Assembly (NCBI GenBank): GCA_035504315.1
Contig: DATJSB010000280.1
Coordinates: 2,857-66,856, forward strand
Direction: 5' to 3'
DNA: 64,000 bases
DNA from: Terracidiphilus sp.
GTDB lineage: Bacteria; Acidobacteriota; Terriglobia; Terriglobales; Acidobacteriaceae
Shown here: in pieces, positions 9,361-18,938 of the stretch
How positions within the stretch are numbered: the first letter of the stretch is position 1
Layout: each line of letters begins with the position of its first letter
Translations under genes and position numbers: made by a program
The notes under the pieces: model-generated
The model's database searches: none
Told to the model about the DNA's origin: nothing
What the model saw: only the letters and a program-made list of their open reading frames with translations

Positions 9361-11829
9361 CTATTCTGCGCGCAAGGCTTGCATTGGTTCGATCGATGCC
9401 GCCCGCCGCGCCGGAATCAAGACTGCGCCAAGCGACACGATGGCGATGATCGCAACCGCCCAGGCCATGCTCGTCGCATCGAAGGGTGACATCTGGTAGA
9501 GCATCGACTTGAGCGGGCGGATTGCCAGAAGCGTTAGAGGTATGCCCGCGGCGAGTCCGCCTGCCAGCACCCACAGGCTCTCGCGCATCATCATCGCGAT
9601 CACCTGGCCGCGGCTGGCGCCCAGCGCCATGCGTACGCCTATCTCGGTGGTGCGGCGGCTTACGCGGAACGAGTGCGATCCGTAGAGTCCCGTGGCAACC
9701 AGCAGCGCCGCGAGAACTCCGAAGAATCCGCCCATGGCGGCGAACATGCGCTGCTGCGAGTACGATTCGTCGAACTGTTCCTGCTGCGTCATGGGCCTTT
9801 CCAGCGGGATGTTCGGATCAACCTCTGCCACCGTCTTGCGCAACAAGGGGAGCATGGCCGGCGCATCTCCGCGCGTGCGCACTTCAATCTGCATGGTGCC
9901 GAGCGAGGCCGCCTGCAGTGCCGCGTAGTAGGCCATGGGCATTTGCCCTTCATCCACGCTGTTGTACTTGCTGTCGCGCACTACGCCGATGATCGTGACC
10001 GGGTTCTTCGGTCCGCCGAGGTGGTGCCCCAGGGGGCTGGCGTGCGGAAAATATTTCCGGGCCAGGGTTTCGTTCACCAGCGCTACGCGCTGCGCACTCT
10101 GCGTGTCCGATTCCTCCACATCCCGCCCGGCAAGGATGGGAATGCCCATGGTGGCAAAGAATCCGGGCCCCACATCGTTCGAACGCAGCAACACGCCGTT
10201 TTCGAGAACGCCGTCGATGACGAGGCCATTATTGTCAGTCCATCCCGAGCCGGGCCGGTTGCCCACAAAGGTCACCATCTCGACGCCGGGAAGCTGACGG
10301 AGCCGGTCGAGAAGATCGCGGTAAAAGACGTGGTCGTCCGTCTTTCCCTGGGGCGTTATGCCGAATACCAGCAATCCTTCGGTCTTCATCCCGAGTTTTT
10401 GGCTTGCGTAGTTGCTCAGCGTGCGCAGCAGCAGCGCGGCAGCCATCAGCAGCACGAGGCAAACAGCCATCTGCGCGGCCAGCACGATGCGGGCGCCCAC
10501 CAATCGGCTGCGGCTCGTGGTCACGCTGGATGCCGTTGCACGCAGCACGCCGGCAACCGGGGCGTGCACGGCGCTCCACAGCGGAACCAGGCCGAAGATG
10601 AGCGCTGCCAGCGCTGAAACCATCAGCGTAAACAGCAGTACATTGCGATCGGGGCTCAGACCGGTTTCGATCTGCGACCAGGTGGCAAGCAATCGTGTCG
10701 CTCCGAGGGCGAAGAGCCAGCCGAGGACTGCGCCTGCAGTCACTAGCAAAATGCCTTCACACAAGAGCTGACGAAAAAGCGTACCCCGGCCTGCGCCAAT
10801 GGCCAGGCGCAAGCTGAATTCGCGCTGCCGCTCGCTGTTGCGTACCTGGATCATCATGGCCACATTGGTGCAGGCAATCAGCAGCACCAGAGCCACAAGG
10901 CCCATCAGGATCTTCACCGGTTCGCTATATTGCTCGTTCAGGCCGGCGATGCCGCGCGCCGGAACAAAATCGAGCAAGGGCTTCCAGTGTTTGGGATCGA
11001 TCGTTCCCACCGCCTGCCGCGCCGCCTCGCCAAATGTGCCCATCAGCGCCTGCTCGGCCTGCGTCGGCGAAACGCCGTCCCTGAGCCGCGCCATCAACCG
11101 CAGCGACCACCACTTGGGCGAACTGTAAAGCGTGTTCACCGTAGCGCCTGTCGCGGAGGGCGTTCCCCATGCATTCAGTTCGGGCCGCGACTGCAGCGGA
11201 ACCCAGAAGTCGGTCGAGCTGGCCGGTTCAATGCCTTTGAAGCTGCGTACCGTTACACCGACGACCGTCATGGGAATGCCTTTGACATAAATCGTCTGCC
11301 CCACAACGCCGGGATCGCGTGCATAGCTCCGCGTCCAATAGTCGTAGCTGAGAACCGCGACGGGCGCGTGGCTGCGTTCCTCCGCGAGCGTGAAACTGCG
11401 CCCTAGCTCCATGCGAACACCCACGCCCGAGAAGAAATTGCCGCTTACCTCTTCGCCCTCGGCCTCTTCAGGCAGCGCCCCGTGACGAACGGCCACGCTT
11501 TCAGAAAAACTAAGCGGGACGTAGGCGATGAGATCTTCAAACACGTCGCTGCGCTGGCGCAGCGCCTCAAAAACAGCCTCAGAGAAAGAAGTGTTCGAGT
11601 CGCCGGTGTTGCCGGCTCCGTCGGGCTGCCATTCCCCATTGGCCATGCGCACGTAGTAAAGCCCGTGGGGCCGCTCGACGGGCAATATCTGCAGCAGGAT
11701 CGCGTTCATCACGCTGAAGACCGCGGTATTGGCCCCGATGCCAAGCGCCAACGTCAGGACCACGATCAGCGTGAAAGCTGGCCGCTTGCGCAACTGCCGC
11801 AATGCATAACGCAAGTCCTGGAGCAGCAT
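9361..11829 (-). CDS. ADOP-family duplicated ABC permease
   Basis: 822 aa; QDLRYALRQLRKRPAF, IACTNVA, EIGVRMALGA, IEPMQALRAE. Confidence 0.93.
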   Translation of the reverse strand: MLLQDLRYALRQLRKRPAFTLIVVLTLALGIGANTAVFSVMNAILLQILPVERPHGLYYVRMANGEWQPDGAGNTGDSNTSFSEAVFEALRQRSDVFEDLIAYVPLSFSESVAVRHGALPEEAEGEEVSGNFFSGVGVRMELGRSFTLAEERSHAPVAVLSYDYWTRSYARDPGVVGQTIYVKGIPMTVVGVTVRSFKGIEPASSTDFWVPLQSRPELNAWGTPSATGATVNTLYSSPKWWSLRLMARLRDGVSPTQAEQALMGTFGEAARQAVGTIDPKHWKPLLDFVPARGIAGLNEQYSEPVKILMGLVALVLLIACTNVAMMIQVRNSERQREFSLRLAIGAGRGTLFRQLLCEGILLVTAGAVLGWLFALGATRLLATWSQIETGLSPDRNVLLFTLMVSALAALIFGLVPLWSAVHAPVAGVLRATASSVTTSRSRLVGARIVLAAQMAVCLVLLMAAALLLRTLSNYASQKLGMKTEGLLVFGITPQGKTDDHVFYRDLLDRLRQLPGVEMVTFVGNRPGSGWTDNNGLVIDGVLENGVLLRSNDVGPGFFATMGIPILAGRDVEESDTQSAQRVALVNETLARKYFPHASPLGHHLGGPKNPVTIIGVVRDSKYNSVDEGQMPMAYYAALQAASLGTMQIEVRTRGDAPAMLPLLRKTVAEVDPNIPLERPMTQQEQFDESYSQQRMFAAMGGFFGVLAALLVATGLYGSHSFRVSRRTTEIGVRMALGASRGQVIAMMMRESLWVLAGGLAAGIPLTLLAIRPLKSMLYQMSPFDATSMAWAVAIIAIVSLGAVLIPARRAASIEPMQALRAE

Positions 11830-11832
11830 GGC

Positions 11833-12555
11833 TTAAGCCTCGGCTTCTTCTTCCATCTTCTTCTGCTCCTGCTCGCTCACCACCTTGCCGTCGAACAGGT
11901 GCACTTCGCGCTCGGCGTGACGGGCAAAACGGGGATCGTGTGTCACCATGCAGATGGTCGAGCCTTCGCGATGCAGATCGGCCAGCAGATGCATCACCGC
12001 TTCGCCGTTCTTCGAGTCCAGGTTGCCGGTGGGCTCATCGGCCAGCAGGATGGAGGGCGACCCGGCCAGTGCGCGCGCCACGGCAACACGCTGTTGCTGG
12101 CCGCCGGAGAGCTGCGCCGGATAATGGCGCATGCGGTGTGCCATGTTTACGCGCTCCAGCGCTTCCTTCACGCGCTTCTTGCGCTCAGCTGAGGGCATGC
12201 CGGCCCGATAGGTCAGCGGCAGCTCGACATTCTCTTCGACCGTGAGGTCGCCGATCAGGTTGAAACTCTGGAAGATGAAGCCGATCTCCTGGTTGCGGAT
12301 GCGCGAGCGCTCGCTGAAGCTCAGATTCTCGACCGGCTTGTTGTTGAGCAGGTAGCGCCCGCCGGTGGGCGTGTCGAGCAATCCCAGAATCGAGAGCAGC
12401 GTCGATTTGCCGCAGCCCGAGGGCCCCGACATGGCGACGTACTCGCCCCGATCGATGTTCAGGTGAATGCCGGAGAGCGCGTGCGTCTCCACTTCGTCGG
12501 TGTAAAAAATCTTGGTCAGATCTTCAATCTCAATCAGTGTGCTGGCGGTTGCCAT
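11833..12555 (-). CDS. ABC transporter ATP-binding protein (MacB/LolD-like)
   Basis: Walker A GPSGCGKST, signature LSGGQQQR, Walker [14 protein letters not shown]-loop VTHD. Confidence 0.95.
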   Translation of the reverse strand: MATASTLIEIEDLTKIFYTDEVETHALSGIHLNIDRGEYVAMSGPSGCGKSTLLSILGLLDTPTGGRYLLNNKPVENLSFSERSRIRNQEIGFIFQSFNLIGDLTVEENVELPLTYRAGMPSAERKKRVKEALERVNMAHRMRHYPAQLSGGQQQRVAVARALAGSPSILLADEPTGNLDSKNGEAVMHLLADLHREGSTICMVTHDPRFARHAEREVHLFDGKVVSEQEQKKMEEEAEA

Positions 12556-12734
12556 TCGAATCCTCCCCTTATTGGTGAACAGTCTTCAGTGATTGATCTT
12601 TACGCATTGCTGCCGGTTCAATGAAAAAATGAGCGAGTGAAAAACTGAATGGGTAAACAAGTAAATCTGGCTGGACCCGCGTATCGAATGTTCCGTGCAA
12701 TTCACCCTTTCTTTTCTTCACTCCTTCACAGCCG

Positions 12735-14003
12735 CTACTCAAGCCTGATGTGATCCACGCCATCCCAGCGCGACATGTCAGAAAGAATTACGGTGTCGCC
12801 TTCCTTCAGGCCTTCGAGCACCTGAATGTCTTCAACCGATGCGCGCCCCACCTTCACCGGCACGCGCGTCGCTCCCTTGCCGTCGGGATCGAGCCTGAAC
12901 AGGCTTAGCGTGGAATCTTCGTTACCCAGCGCCGGCCTGCCCACATACAGCACGTCGGTCATGCGTTCCAGGTCGATCGTTCCGTCCACGCTCAGCTGTG
13001 GAACCGCCCCCGGCGGCAACGGTCCATCCAAAGCTACGTCAACGGTGCGCGTTCCGTTCACTACCGCAGGGTCAATTCTTGTCACATGCCCCGGAATAAT
13101 TCCGTTGTGAGTGTCGATGGATGCGGGCTGGCCGATTTGAATGTCGCGCGCCTGGGTTTCTGCAATCTGCAGCGCTGCCTTGAGCTTGTCGCGCTGGATG
13201 ACCTCGGCGACCGAGGTCCCCTGAGTCACATGCTGGCCCACCTGCACCGGCAGAGCCAGCGGCGCCAGATCGCCCGTGATGGAAGGCCGCACTTCGAGCG
13301 CTTTCTGCTGCTTTTGATACAGGTCGAGCAGCGCCTGCGCCTGTTCTATCTTGGTCGTCTGCGACGCAAGCTGGACTTCAATGGCTTTCTGGTTTACTTC
13401 AAGCTGTTGCTGGCTCAAATCGTGCTGCGTATTCAGCTGCTCTGCCGTGCTGGCCGATTTTTGGTAGGCCAGCCCCGAGATGACGCCCAGCTTGTAGAGC
13501 GCCTGATCGGTCTGCGCCTGGAGCTTGTCCTGCGTATAGTTGGCGTTAACCTCTGCCGCCGCGGTCTTCTTGTCCATCAGCGTGCTCTCGAGCGTGGCCT
13601 GCAGGCTCTTGTAGTCAGCCTGCGCGGCCTTCACGGCGAGTTGCGCGTTGAGCACTTCCTGCTCGAGCTCGGGATCGGACAGATCCATGATGATGGTGTC
13701 GGGCGTAACCTGCGCGCCAGGCAAAACGCGGATGCGCACGACTGTCGCGTCAGTCTGCGCAGGGATCAGTTCGATGGAGTCTTCCCGCGGAACCAGCGTG
13801 CCGGTCGAGGAGCGAACCTGACGGATGAGCGGGCCGCGCTTCACGGTGTCGGTCCAAATGGTGGAGCGGTCGACCGTGGGCGAAGCAGGCTTGAGGCGCA
13901 TAACCACGAAGGTAAGGGCGGTGAGGACGACGACTCCGGCGGCGGCATAAGCGATCAGCCGGCGGGTTTTCTTTTTCCTGATGTCTGGGCGGGCGATATC
14001 CAT
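12735..14003 (-). CDS. Efflux periplasmic adaptor (MacA/HlyD-type membrane fusion protein)
   Basis: N-terminal basic patch plus TM helix, lipoyl half-motifs (VLPGAQV, VQVGQHV), long coiled coil, C-terminal VLEGLKEGDTVI. Confidence 0.9.
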   Translation of the reverse strand: MDIARPDIRKKKTRRLIAYAAAGVVVLTALTFVVMRLKPASPTVDRSTIWTDTVKRGPLIRQVRSSTGTLVPREDSIELIPAQTDATVVRIRVLPGAQVTPDTIIMDLSDPELEQEVLNAQLAVKAAQADYKSLQATLESTLMDKKTAAAEVNANYTQDKLQAQTDQALYKLGVISGLAYQKSASTAEQLNTQHDLSQQQLEVNQKAIEVQLASQTTKIEQAQALLDLYQKQQKALEVRPSITGDLAPLALPVQVGQHVTQGTSVAEVIQRDKLKAALQIAETQARDIQIGQPASIDTHNGIIPGHVTRIDPAVVNGTRTVDVALDGPLPPGAVPQLSVDGTIDLERMTDVLYVGRPALGNEDSTLSLFRLDPDGKGATRVPVKVGRASVEDIQVLEGLKEGDTVILSDMSRWDGVDHIRLE

Positions 14004-14017
14004 TGCACTAATGAGTT

Positions 14018-14034
14018 AGCATCTGGGTTGCCAA
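14018..14034 (-). promoter_or_regulatory. Putative sigma-54 (-24/-12) promoter of the adaptor-ATPase-permease operon
   Basis: Minus strand TTGGCAACCCAGATGCT: GG-N10-GC spacing, 15 nt upstream of the ATG. Confidence 0.65.
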
Positions 14035-14048
14035 TGACAGTGTTGCCA

Positions 14049-14074
14049 CAAGCTGTTGATAAATCAAAGGATTG
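14049..14074. promoter_or_regulatory. Two back-to-back IHF-like sites
   Basis: TATCAAcagcTTG (minus) and AATCAAaggaTTG (plus) both fit WATCAA-N4-TTR and lie between the sigma-54 site and the enhancer-like motif. Confidence 0.55.
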
Positions 14075-14126
14075 TCTGATCTATTGGTTTCGCTTTTTCG
14101 ATCGGAAGTGACCGTTTCCATGAGCC

Positions 14127-14145
14127 GGGTGTTCGATTTCGGACA
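14127..14145. promoter_or_regulatory. Putative enhancer (UAS) for a sigma-54 activator
   Basis: Imperfect palindrome TGTTCGATTTCGGACA; the 18-mer GGGTGTTCGATTTCGGAC recurs at 24193-24210. Confidence 0.6.
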
Positions 14146-14178
14146 GTTGAGGGTGGCGCCGGGTACAGGCGCGGCCCG

Positions 14179-14207
14179 GGAACAAATGTTGCTGGCTGGG
14201 TGTCTAA
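14179..14207 (+). promoter_or_regulatory. Putative ECF (sigmaE-like) promoter upstream of the TIGR03435 cluster
   Basis: GGAAC-N18-GTCTAA, matching the GGAACTT-N16-GTCNAA geometry. Confidence 0.5.
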
Positions 14208-14277
14208 AAAGGATAAGTCGCAATTGCTGCACGGGTGCGTGATCAGAAGGTCCGCTCGCTCGGAGGTTCCATCAATC

Positions 14278-15294
14278 ATGGAGAGCAACGAGGGGAAGCG
14301 GAGCCTGACAGTGGTAGTGACCCTGTTATTGCTCTTCGTTGCGCATGGGCCGCTCGGTCCCGGTTTGTTGCTGCGCGCCCAAAGCTCGGAACAAACCTGG
14401 GAGCAAGCCGCAGGCGGAAAGCAGCAATTCGATGTTGCGAGCGTCCGCGAGAACAAGTCCGACGGACGTTCGTACAGCAATTTCTCGCTGGACAATGGGA
14501 ACGCGTACTTCACGGTAAGCAAGAAAGATCAGCTGTCTCCGAGCGGAAGTCTTTTTTCGGCGAACAATCAGACGCTGATGCGGTACATCATTTTTGCCTA
14601 CAAACTGAGCGGAACGCAGGAGCTCGCGCTGCGGTTCGACTTCTTTGAAGGGCTCAAACTTCACGTGCCGGAGTGGGTGAGGAACGACCGGTTCGATATC
14701 CAGGCACGCGCACCCGGACAAGTAAGCAAAGATCAAATGCGGCTGATGATGCAGAGTCTGCTGGCCGAGCGGTTCAAGCTGGCCGTCCACATGGAGACGC
14801 GAGAGGCCCCCGTGTTTACCTTGGAATTGGCGAGGCCGGGGGAATTAGGGCCATATTTGCGACGGCATCCGGCGAGTGACGACTGCGCGAATACTGCATT
14901 CCCCAAGGGCTCGGCTAACGTTGTGCCCGCGGCGGATTCGCTGTCCGCACTTCCGATACCGTGTGGGGTGATCGCTCATTTGCCCTCGACCGCGCCGGGG
15001 TTCACTCGCTTCGGTGGGCGCGATGTGGCCCTGGCCATGCTGGCAACTTCACTGCCAACGCAGACTGGAATGGCGACTCTGCCGCGGCCTGTGATCGATG
15101 AAACCGGATTGAGGGGGGAATACGATTTTTCACTGGAGTGGACGTTCGAAGACAGCAGCGAAGGCAACAGCCAGGAATCGGGCGGCACGTTTCGCGAAGC
15201 CCTGAAAGACCAGCTCGGATTGAAGCTAAAGCCTGAAAAAAAGGCAGTGGAAGTGCTGGTGATCGATCATATTGAGCCACCCGCGCCGAACTAA
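14278..15294 (+). CDS. TIGR03435/DUF3738 family exported protein
   Basis: Signal-like N-terminus; FDVASVR, RFDIQAR, MMQSLLAERFKL, RPVIDETGLRGEYDFSLEW, ALKDQLGLKL, VLVIDHIEPPAPN. Confidence 0.88.
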   Translation: MESNEGKRSLTVVVTLLLLFVAHGPLGPGLLLRAQSSEQTWEQAAGGKQQFDVASVRENKSDGRSYSNFSLDNGNAYFTVSKKDQLSPSGSLFSANNQTLMRYIIFAYKLSGTQELALRFDFFEGLKLHVPEWVRNDRFDIQARAPGQVSKDQMRLMMQSLLAERFKLAVHMETREAPVFTLELARPGELGPYLRRHPASDDCANTAFPKGSANVVPAADSLSALPIPCGVIAHLPSTAPGFTRFGGRDVALAMLATSLPTQTGMATLPRPVIDETGLRGEYDFSLEWTFEDSSEGNSQESGGTFREALKDQLGLKLKPEKKAVEVLVIDHIEPPAPN

Positions 15295-15568
15295 TCGAAG
15301 CAGGGCACAGCTAATGACCCCGAGCCCGGTTCTATAACCGTCGAAAGCAATGGGATGAGGAGCCCGGCAACACAATTCGCGAGGTTCTTTGAAAGAAATG
15401 CCTTTCTCCCTGCGTGTTACCGTGTAGAGGTTCAGAAGAATTGATGGAACACGCGAACCGAGCGGCGCGTACACCGTCATATCAACGAGTTCTCCCCCGG
15501 ACTTGATCGAAACAAGCAAAACTGCGCCGACGCCGGGAGTGTGTGTGGCGAGAGAAGGAATACACGTA

Positions 15569-16837
15569 ATGAAGTCTCATGAAAACGTACGTTCGTTTGA
15601 CCGTGTCTCCGAGCGTTGGCTCAGGTTGGGGTTTGTGCTGGTGTCGGCTGCGTTAATAGCGGTGGTGTTTGCGCTAATGGGCGCGAAACTCGCTCCCGCC
15701 CAGGCCGCGCCTGCTCCGGCTGCAACGGCTGCTCCGGCGGGCGGCGCACCCTTCGACGCGAAAGACATTATTGGAACCTGGCAGGGCACGCTGCACGCCG
15801 GCCAGGACCTCCGCACAGTGCTTAAGATCACGAAAGACGACAAGGGCGCTTACAAGGCCGTTTTCTACAGCATTGACCAGGGCGGCCAACCATTGCCCAT
15901 CGATTCCGTGACCCTCAATGGTTCAGACGTTAAGTTCGCTCTCAAAATGATCGGCGGGACTTTTGAAGGCAAGCTGAGCGGCGACGGCAAAACTATCGAC
16001 GGTTCATGGAGCCAGGGACCGAACCCTCTGCCGCTCCAACTGGCGCGCGCAACGCCCGAGACTGAGTGGGCCATTCCGGCTCCGCCCCCTCCCGTGCCGC
16101 CCATGAAGGCCGATGCGGACCCGAGCCTCGAAGTGGCCACCATCAAGCCCAGCGACCCGAACGGGCAAGGCAAGGGCTTCGGATTCAGAGGCACTCACTT
16201 TCTTACATTCCGCACCAACCTCAACGACCTGATCGCCTTCGCCTATGGAATACACTCGAAGCAAATCATTGGCGCGCCCGACTGGTTCGGCACGCAGTTG
16301 TATGACATCGACGGCGTGCCCGACGCCCCTGGCCGGCCAAATCTGAAACAGATGGGCATCATGGTGCAGAAGCTGCTGGCTGATCGCTGCCAGTTGAAGT
16401 TCCATCATGAAACACGCGAACTTTCGGTGTATGCCATTGTTGTGGCGCCAGGAGGTCCCAAACTCACCAAGACCACGGCGACAGATCCAGGACAGCAGGG
16501 GTTTTTCTTCCGCGGCTTAGGCGATCTGACGGTTCGCAACATGAACATGACGGAATTCGCGTCGTGGATGCAGTCGGGTGTGATGGACAAGCCGGTGGTC
16601 GATCAGACCGGGCTCAAGGATAAGTATGACTTCAATTTGAAGTGGACTCCCGACGACTCGCAGTTCCAGCAATTCCGCGGCGCGGTGAACATGAACACGC
16701 CGCCCAGCACCGATCCCAATGCGCCGCCGAGCCTGTACACCGCGGTGCAGGAGACGCTGGGACTGAAGATCGAGGCAGCCAAGGCGCCTGACGACGTGAT
16801 TGTGATCGACCACGTGGAAAAACCATCGGCAAATTGA
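15569..16837 (+). CDS. TIGR03435/DUF3738 family protein with an extra N-terminal beta domain
   Basis: GTWQGTL...DGSWSQG domain, then LEVATIKPS, KPVVDQTGLKDKYDFNLKW, ETLGLKIE, VIVIDHVEKPSAN. Confidence 0.88.
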   Translation: MKSHENVRSFDRVSERWLRLGFVLVSAALIAVVFALMGAKLAPAQAAPAPAATAAPAGGAPFDAKDIIGTWQGTLHAGQDLRTVLKITKDDKGAYKAVFYSIDQGGQPLPIDSVTLNGSDVKFALKMIGGTFEGKLSGDGKTIDGSWSQGPNPLPLQLARATPETEWAIPAPPPPVPPMKADADPSLEVATIKPSDPNGQGKGFGFRGTHFLTFRTNLNDLIAFAYGIHSKQIIGAPDWFGTQLYDIDGVPDAPGRPNLKQMGIMVQKLLADRCQLKFHHETRELSVYAIVVAPGGPKLTKTTATDPGQQGFFFRGLGDLTVRNMNMTEFASWMQSGVMDKPVVDQTGLKDKYDFNLKWTPDDSQFQQFRGAVNMNTPPSTDPNAPPSLYTAVQETLGLKIEAAKAPDDVIVIDHVEKPSAN

Positions 16838-16892
16838 GCGCTGACCGGGCAGAACACGTCATCTTCAATCAAATCACACGAGGTTCCCAGGC

Positions 16893-17864
16893 ATGGCCTT
16901 AACAGAATTGGGCAGACCGCGCGGGAGACTGGTTCTTGTCTCTGCGTTCAGTGCGGTATTGATTGCCGCGCCGTCACTGGCCGCTCAATCGAGTTCCAAT
17001 CAAACTGCGCCGTCGACGGCGACCCAGGCCCCAGCGCCGGCGTCAGCGGGCAAAGTTCAGATGCTGTCCCAATCGCCGCCGGTACAGCAGTCGGTCAATG
17101 CTGCGCAGGCTACTGCTGCGGCGCCTCCGTTTGAAGTCGCCACCATCAAGGCCAGCAAGCCCGATCTCGAACAATCCATGCTGATGTTCACCGCGGATGG
17201 AATCTCCATCACGGGCATTCCGCTGGCAATGATGATTCGCGAAGGATTCAGCACCGAAGACGACCATATTATCGGCGAGCCGTCGTGGGTAAAGTCGAGC
17301 CGTTTCGACATTGAAGCCAAGGTCGCGCCGGAAGACGCGCCAAAACTTAAAAACATGAAGTCCCCCGAGCGCAGAGCGATGCTGGTGCAGCTCATGGTGG
17401 ATCGTTTTGGCTTGAAGTACCATCGCGAGACCCGCGATTTGCCGGTGTACGAACTAGTGATTGCCAAGGGCGGCGTTAAAATGCAGCCGGCCAAGGAGCA
17501 GGATCCCGCCAAGGCGCGACACATGCTGATGTTCGGCGGGCCCGGCAAAATCGAGTCAACGGCCATGAAGGTAGAACCCCTGGCCCATTTGCTTTCGCGA
17601 CAGCTGGGCAGAACGGTCGTGGACAAGACAGGCCTTACGGGCGAATACGATTTCACTCTGAACTGGACGCCCGACCCAACGGAACCGGGAATGGGTCCTC
17701 CGGGCGGCGCTCCGCCGGATGCGAGCGGGAATTCAAATGACAACACCGGCGGTCCGACCTTGTTCACCGCGCTTGAAGAGCAGCTTGGACTGAAACTCGA
17801 ATCCGCCAAAGGGCCTGAAGAGGTGATCGTGATTGACCACATCGAAGAGCCCTCGGCGAATTGA
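16893..17864 (+). CDS. TIGR03435/DUF3738 family exported protein
   Basis: FEVATIKAS, RFDIEAK, RTVVDKTGLTGEYDFTLNW, ALEEQLGLKLE, VIVIDHIEEPSAN. Confidence 0.9.
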   Translation: MALTELGRPRGRLVLVSAFSAVLIAAPSLAAQSSSNQTAPSTATQAPAPASAGKVQMLSQSPPVQQSVNAAQATAAAPPFEVATIKASKPDLEQSMLMFTADGISITGIPLAMMIREGFSTEDDHIIGEPSWVKSSRFDIEAKVAPEDAPKLKNMKSPERRAMLVQLMVDRFGLKYHRETRDLPVYELVIAKGGVKMQPAKEQDPAKARHMLMFGGPGKIESTAMKVEPLAHLLSRQLGRTVVDKTGLTGEYDFTLNWTPDPTEPGMGPPGGAPPDASGNSNDNTGGPTLFTALEEQLGLKLESAKGPEEVIVIDHIEEPSAN

Positions 17865-17937
17865 GGGTGAACGAAATTTCTGCACCTGCGTCTCTAGGAA
17901 TAAGTCAACGCATCAAGCAAGAGCTTGAGGGATATTC

Positions 17938-18921
17938 ATGGATTGTTTGAGAAGCGCGAGGCCTCAGTTTCGCGCGCGGCCCCGCACAATATCCGGCAGG
18001 GCAATGGCGATGTTCTTCGTTGCCGGGCTCCTCGTGCAATCGGGGTTGGCGCAGACTCCGGAAAACACGCAAAAGGTTTCGCCTGTCGCGGGCTCGGCAG
18101 CCCAGTCGTCAGCGGCTGCGCAGCCCCAGGATGTAACAAGTCCACCGCCGTCATTCGAAGTCGTCTCCATCAAGCCCGACAAGAGCGACAGCGATATGTT
18201 CCGCATCGAATTTACTCCCGACGGCGTGTTGGTGAACGGCCTCACCATACACATGCTGCTGCGTGAGGCCCTCGGCGTCTCCGATAATCAGCTCACCAGT
18301 GAACCTGGTTGGCTAAACTCCGACCGCTTTAACGTCGAAGCCAAGGTGGCCGCGGACGATGCGCCAAAGTTCCAAACCCTGAAACCAAAGCAGCGATGGG
18401 CGATGCTGTTGCCCGTTTTCGAAGACCGCTTTGGTCTCAGGTTTCACAAAGAAACCAAAGACATAACGCAATATGCACTCGTCATTGCCAAGGGCGGCCT
18501 CAAAATGAAAGAAGCTTCGCCCGGTAACGCCTATGCCGATGGAATCAAGAGGCCCGATGGAAGCCCGGGCGGCGCAGGCATTATGCGCATTGGGCCGGGT
18601 GTAATAGTTGGGCAGGCCATTCCCGTCGCAAATCTTGTGCGCTTTCTCTCATTCGAGTTTCACAGCCCTGTTCTCGACAAGACCGGCCTCACCGGCAAAT
18701 ATGACGTCAACCTGACCTGGGCGCCGGACGAATCTGAGGGCATGATGATGAGGCCTCTCAACGGCCCAGCACCTCCGGCGGGGTATCCACCGCCGGCCCC
18801 AACCACCGGACCGTCCATCTTCACCGCGCTTGAGGAACAGCTTGGCCTTAAACTCGAAGCGCACAAAGAGCCGGGAGACGTGATCGTGATCGACCACATC
18901 GAACAGCCCTCGGCAAACTGA
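17938..18921 (+). CDS. TIGR03435/DUF3738 family exported protein
   Basis: FEVVSIKP, RFNVEAK, PVLDKTGLTGKYDVNLTW, ALEEQLGLKLE, VIVIDHIEQPSAN. Confidence 0.9.
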   Translation: MDCLRSARPQFRARPRTISGRAMAMFFVAGLLVQSGLAQTPENTQKVSPVAGSAAQSSAAAQPQDVTSPPPSFEVVSIKPDKSDSDMFRIEFTPDGVLVNGLTIHMLLREALGVSDNQLTSEPGWLNSDRFNVEAKVAADDAPKFQTLKPKQRWAMLLPVFEDRFGLRFHKETKDITQYALVIAKGGLKMKEASPGNAYADGIKRPDGSPGGAGIMRIGPGVIVGQAIPVANLVRFLSFEFHSPVLDKTGLTGKYDVNLTWAPDESEGMMMRPLNGPAPPAGYPPPAPTTGPSIFTALEEQLGLKLEAHKEPGDVIVIDHIEQPSAN

Positions 18922-18938
18922 CGCGTTGGAGTGAATCG

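Noticed and set aside
9338-9574. N-terminal extension of the 892-aa permease ORF
   Set aside because: It overlaps the upstream permease out of frame; the family-typical start with RBS is at 9337.
12569-12763. 64-aa ORF between adaptor and ATPase as a possible exported peptide
   Set aside because: It overlaps the adaptor gene end and has no RBS, leader or precursor motif.
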